64,000 bases of DNA from an uncultured Gemmatimonadota bacterium. Lineage in GTDB: Bacteria; Gemmatimonadota; Gemmatimonadetes; Palauibacterales; KS3-K002. The stretch is taken from the NCBI GenBank assembly GCA_964345885.1, contig CAYFSW010000147.1:235-64234 (forward strand), written 5' to 3'. Position 1 is the stretch's first letter. Every line of letters begins with the position of its first letter. The notes beneath the pieces were generated by a model. The model made no database searches. It worked only from the letters and a program-made list of their open reading frames with translations, and was not told where the DNA came from. A program made the translations under genes and the position numbers. This document shows positions 61,938 through 64,000 of the stretch, piece after piece.

Positions 61938-63407
61938 ATGAACCGATCAAAGCTCGTGCTGCATATACTGGTGACCGGGATCGTGCTCGGCATCCTCGGC
62001 GACGCGTTGCTGCGCGCCGGTCCCTGGGCGCTGAACCTGACACTCTGGACGATGGCGGTGTTGGCGGGCGCCCTGGGCCTGGCCGCCTACCATCGAGTCG
62101 AATGGCCGCGCGGGATGGTCTGGCTCGCCGGTCCGATCGCGCTGTTCGCCGTCGGATTCGTGTGGCACGACTCGGGTGCCCTCAAGTTTCTCGGCCTGCT
62201 GGCGATCCTCGTCGGCTTCTCGATCTGGAGCCTCGGCCTGGAAGGTGTGCGCAGCTGGGGGATCCTCGACCACGTGCGTGGCATGATCAATTGCGGCCTG
62301 GCGGCGATCGCCGGGCCCGCCGTGCTGGAGCGAGGCGACATCACCTGGACCCCACGTTCGACCACGTTGCGGCACGTTCGCTCCGCCGTGGTCGGCCTGC
62401 TGATCGCCTTCCCACTGCTCTTTATTTTCGGTGGTCTGCTGATGGCCGCCGACGCCGTGTTCGAGGACGTCGTCACCCGCGCCCTCGACTTCGATTTCGC
62501 CACCGTCTTCTCGCACACCGCGCTCACCGCGTGCTTCGCCTGGATCGTCTGCGGCTTTCTTTTCCTGATCCTCAAAGCCAGAAAGCCCCTGCTCGCGGAA
62601 TCGCTCGAGATCGAGCGGCCGGGGCTGGGAATCGTAGAGGTAGCGCTACCGCTCGTTCTGGTCGATCTGCTCTTCCTGGCCTTCGTGGTTGTCCAGCTGC
62701 GCTATCTGTTCGGCGATGCCTTGCTGGTCCAGAACACGGTCGGCCTGACGTTCGCCGAGTACGCGCGCCGCGGCTTCTTCGAGTTGGTGGCCGTCACCGC
62801 ACTCGTAGTTCCCCTCTTGATGCTCGCCGACTGGGTCGTGGCGCGGGCGGAGCTCCGCCCGCGCAACATCGTCAAAGTACTGGCGGGAACTCAGATCTTC
62901 CTGCTCTTCATCATCATGATCTCGGCGCTGCAGCGGATGGCCCTGTACGTGGACGCTTACGGACTGACGGACGATCGGCTCTACGCGTCCGTTTTCATGG
63001 CCTGGCTGGGGATCGTGCTCGCCTGGTTCGTGGCGACGGTGCTGCGCGGCCGCCGCGAACGGTTCACCGTCGGCGCAGTCGCGTCCGGCTTCGCGGTTCT
63101 CCTGGCGCTCAACATCATGAACCCCGACGCGCTCGTCGCCCGGGTGAACATCGACCGCGCGCGAGCCGGCTACGCGCTCGACGTGCTCTATTTGAGTTCC
63201 CTCAGCGGCGACGCGGTCCCGCGTCTGGTGGAGGCGCTACCGGATCTCGAAGAAGAAGATCGTTGTGCGGTGAAGCGTATCCTGGAACGCTGGACTCCGC
63301 CCGAGGAGAAGGACTGGAGAACCTGGAATCACGGCCGTTGGACGGCCTGGCGCGTGGTCGAGGAGGCCGCGTCAGACCTGCGGCAGTCGTGCCCCGAGGA
63401 AGGCTAG
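61938..63407 (+). CDS. DUF4153/DUF4173-like membrane protein
   Basis: LLMAADAVF, QLRYLFG, YARRGFFELV, RMALYVDAYGLT..R, NPDALVARVN. Confidence 0.82.
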   Translation: MNRSKLVLHILVTGIVLGILGDALLRAGPWALNLTLWTMAVLAGALGLAAYHRVEWPRGMVWLAGPIALFAVGFVWHDSGALKFLGLLAILVGFSIWSLGLEGVRSWGILDHVRGMINCGLAAIAGPAVLERGDITWTPRSTTLRHVRSAVVGLLIAFPLLFIFGGLLMAADAVFEDVVTRALDFDFATVFSHTALTACFAWIVCGFLFLILKARKPLLAESLEIERPGLGIVEVALPLVLVDLLFLAFVVVQLRYLFGDALLVQNTVGLTFAEYARRGFFELVAVTALVVPLLMLADWVVARAELRPRNIVKVLAGTQIFLLFIIMISALQRMALYVDAYGLTDDRLYASVFMAWLGIVLAWFVATVLRGRRERFTVGAVASGFAVLLALNIMNPDALVARVNIDRARAGYALDVLYLSSLSGDAVPRLVEALPDLEEEDRCAVKRILERWTPPEEKDWRTWNHGRWTAWRVVEEAASDLRQSCPEEG

Positions 63408-63630
63408 GTTCCCCGGCTGGTGTTTCACCTCCACGACGGTGATAGCGGCGAGATGTGGGGTGACCGGGACAGCCAGATCGCGCACCCGAGGTGTCGGTCT
63501 ATTCGGCAGGGTACTGTCGGCGGCTTACTTGCAGCGTTCTGACCGTTCTGTGCCCCGGCTTACCCATTCCTATGCCCTGGCACCCAACCTGCCCACCCGC
63601 TAGACAGTCACAACAATCACTTGTGTCGCC

Positions 63631-64000
63631 ATGCCCACCTCCCCCAGGCGCAGTCTGCGAGCATGCTTGCTCCTGCCGTTGGCGTTTTATGCCTGCGGCG
63701 AGTCGAACCTGGAGCCGGTGGACGTCTATCCACTCGTCCCCCCACCGGTGTACAGGACCTGGTGGACAGAGGTTGCGGCATGCACGGACGTAACAGCACG
63801 GTTCGAGCGGGTGACCTGGTACGAGGCCGGCCAACTGATCAACCGCGAGACCGGGATGGACCATGTCGGGGCCTGGGTACCTCCTCATAACATTTACGTC
63901 CATTCGGACTACCTGCTGTACACCGAAGGCGTGAAGCACGAGATGGTGCACGAGCTGCTGCAGACGCGAGACCACGACTCCACCGCGTTCCTACGCTGCG
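63631..64000 (+). CDS. Lipoprotein with HExxH zinc-binding motif, 3' end outside window
   Basis: Not in ORF track; MPTSPRRSLRACLLLPLAFYAC..YRTWWTEVAAC..VKHEMVHELLQTRDH. Confidence 0.7.
   Translation, partial: MPTSPRRSLRACLLLPLAFYACGESNLEPVDVYPLVPPPVYRTWWTEVAACTDVTARFERVTWYEAGQLINRETGMDHVGAWVPPHNIYVHSDYLLYTEGVKHEMVHELLQTRDHDSTAFLRC

Overview
High-GC bacterial chromosome segment; gene content suggests Gemmatimonadota (inference from gene families, not a search). From left to right: a PadR + duplicated ABC-type permease block cut by the window edge and bounded by a 5'-half tRNA-Lys; a VapBC-type toxin-antitoxin pair; ccmABC plus a ccmD-like gene; a housekeeping block (rnhB, rplS, trmD, rimM, rpsP, purA, dapA-like, pilT-like, trpS, suhB); a VPS10/BNR-repeat protein and an HtrA protease; a four-gene operon (membrane Ser/Thr kinase, Npt/TLC-family nucleotide transporter, Omp85-type barrel, lipoprotein with atypical-kinase motifs); luxC/luxE-like genes without luciferase; a CxxU selenoprotein missed by the ORF track; a 12-kb convergent respiratory cluster with about 52 c-heme motifs, NrfC/NrfD-like subunits and two paralogous Rieske + cytochrome b + 9-heme sets, one of which has lost its Fe-S ligands and PEWY motif; and dnaE2 carrying in-frame insertions of a ~110-bp palindromic repeat that also occurs between genes. 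Best candidates for undescribed systems are the canonical/pseudo Rieske-cytochrome b pair, the putative ATP-export plus extracytoplasmic kinase operon, and the repeat that invades coding sequence. All product calls come from motif recognition by eye; no database search was run.
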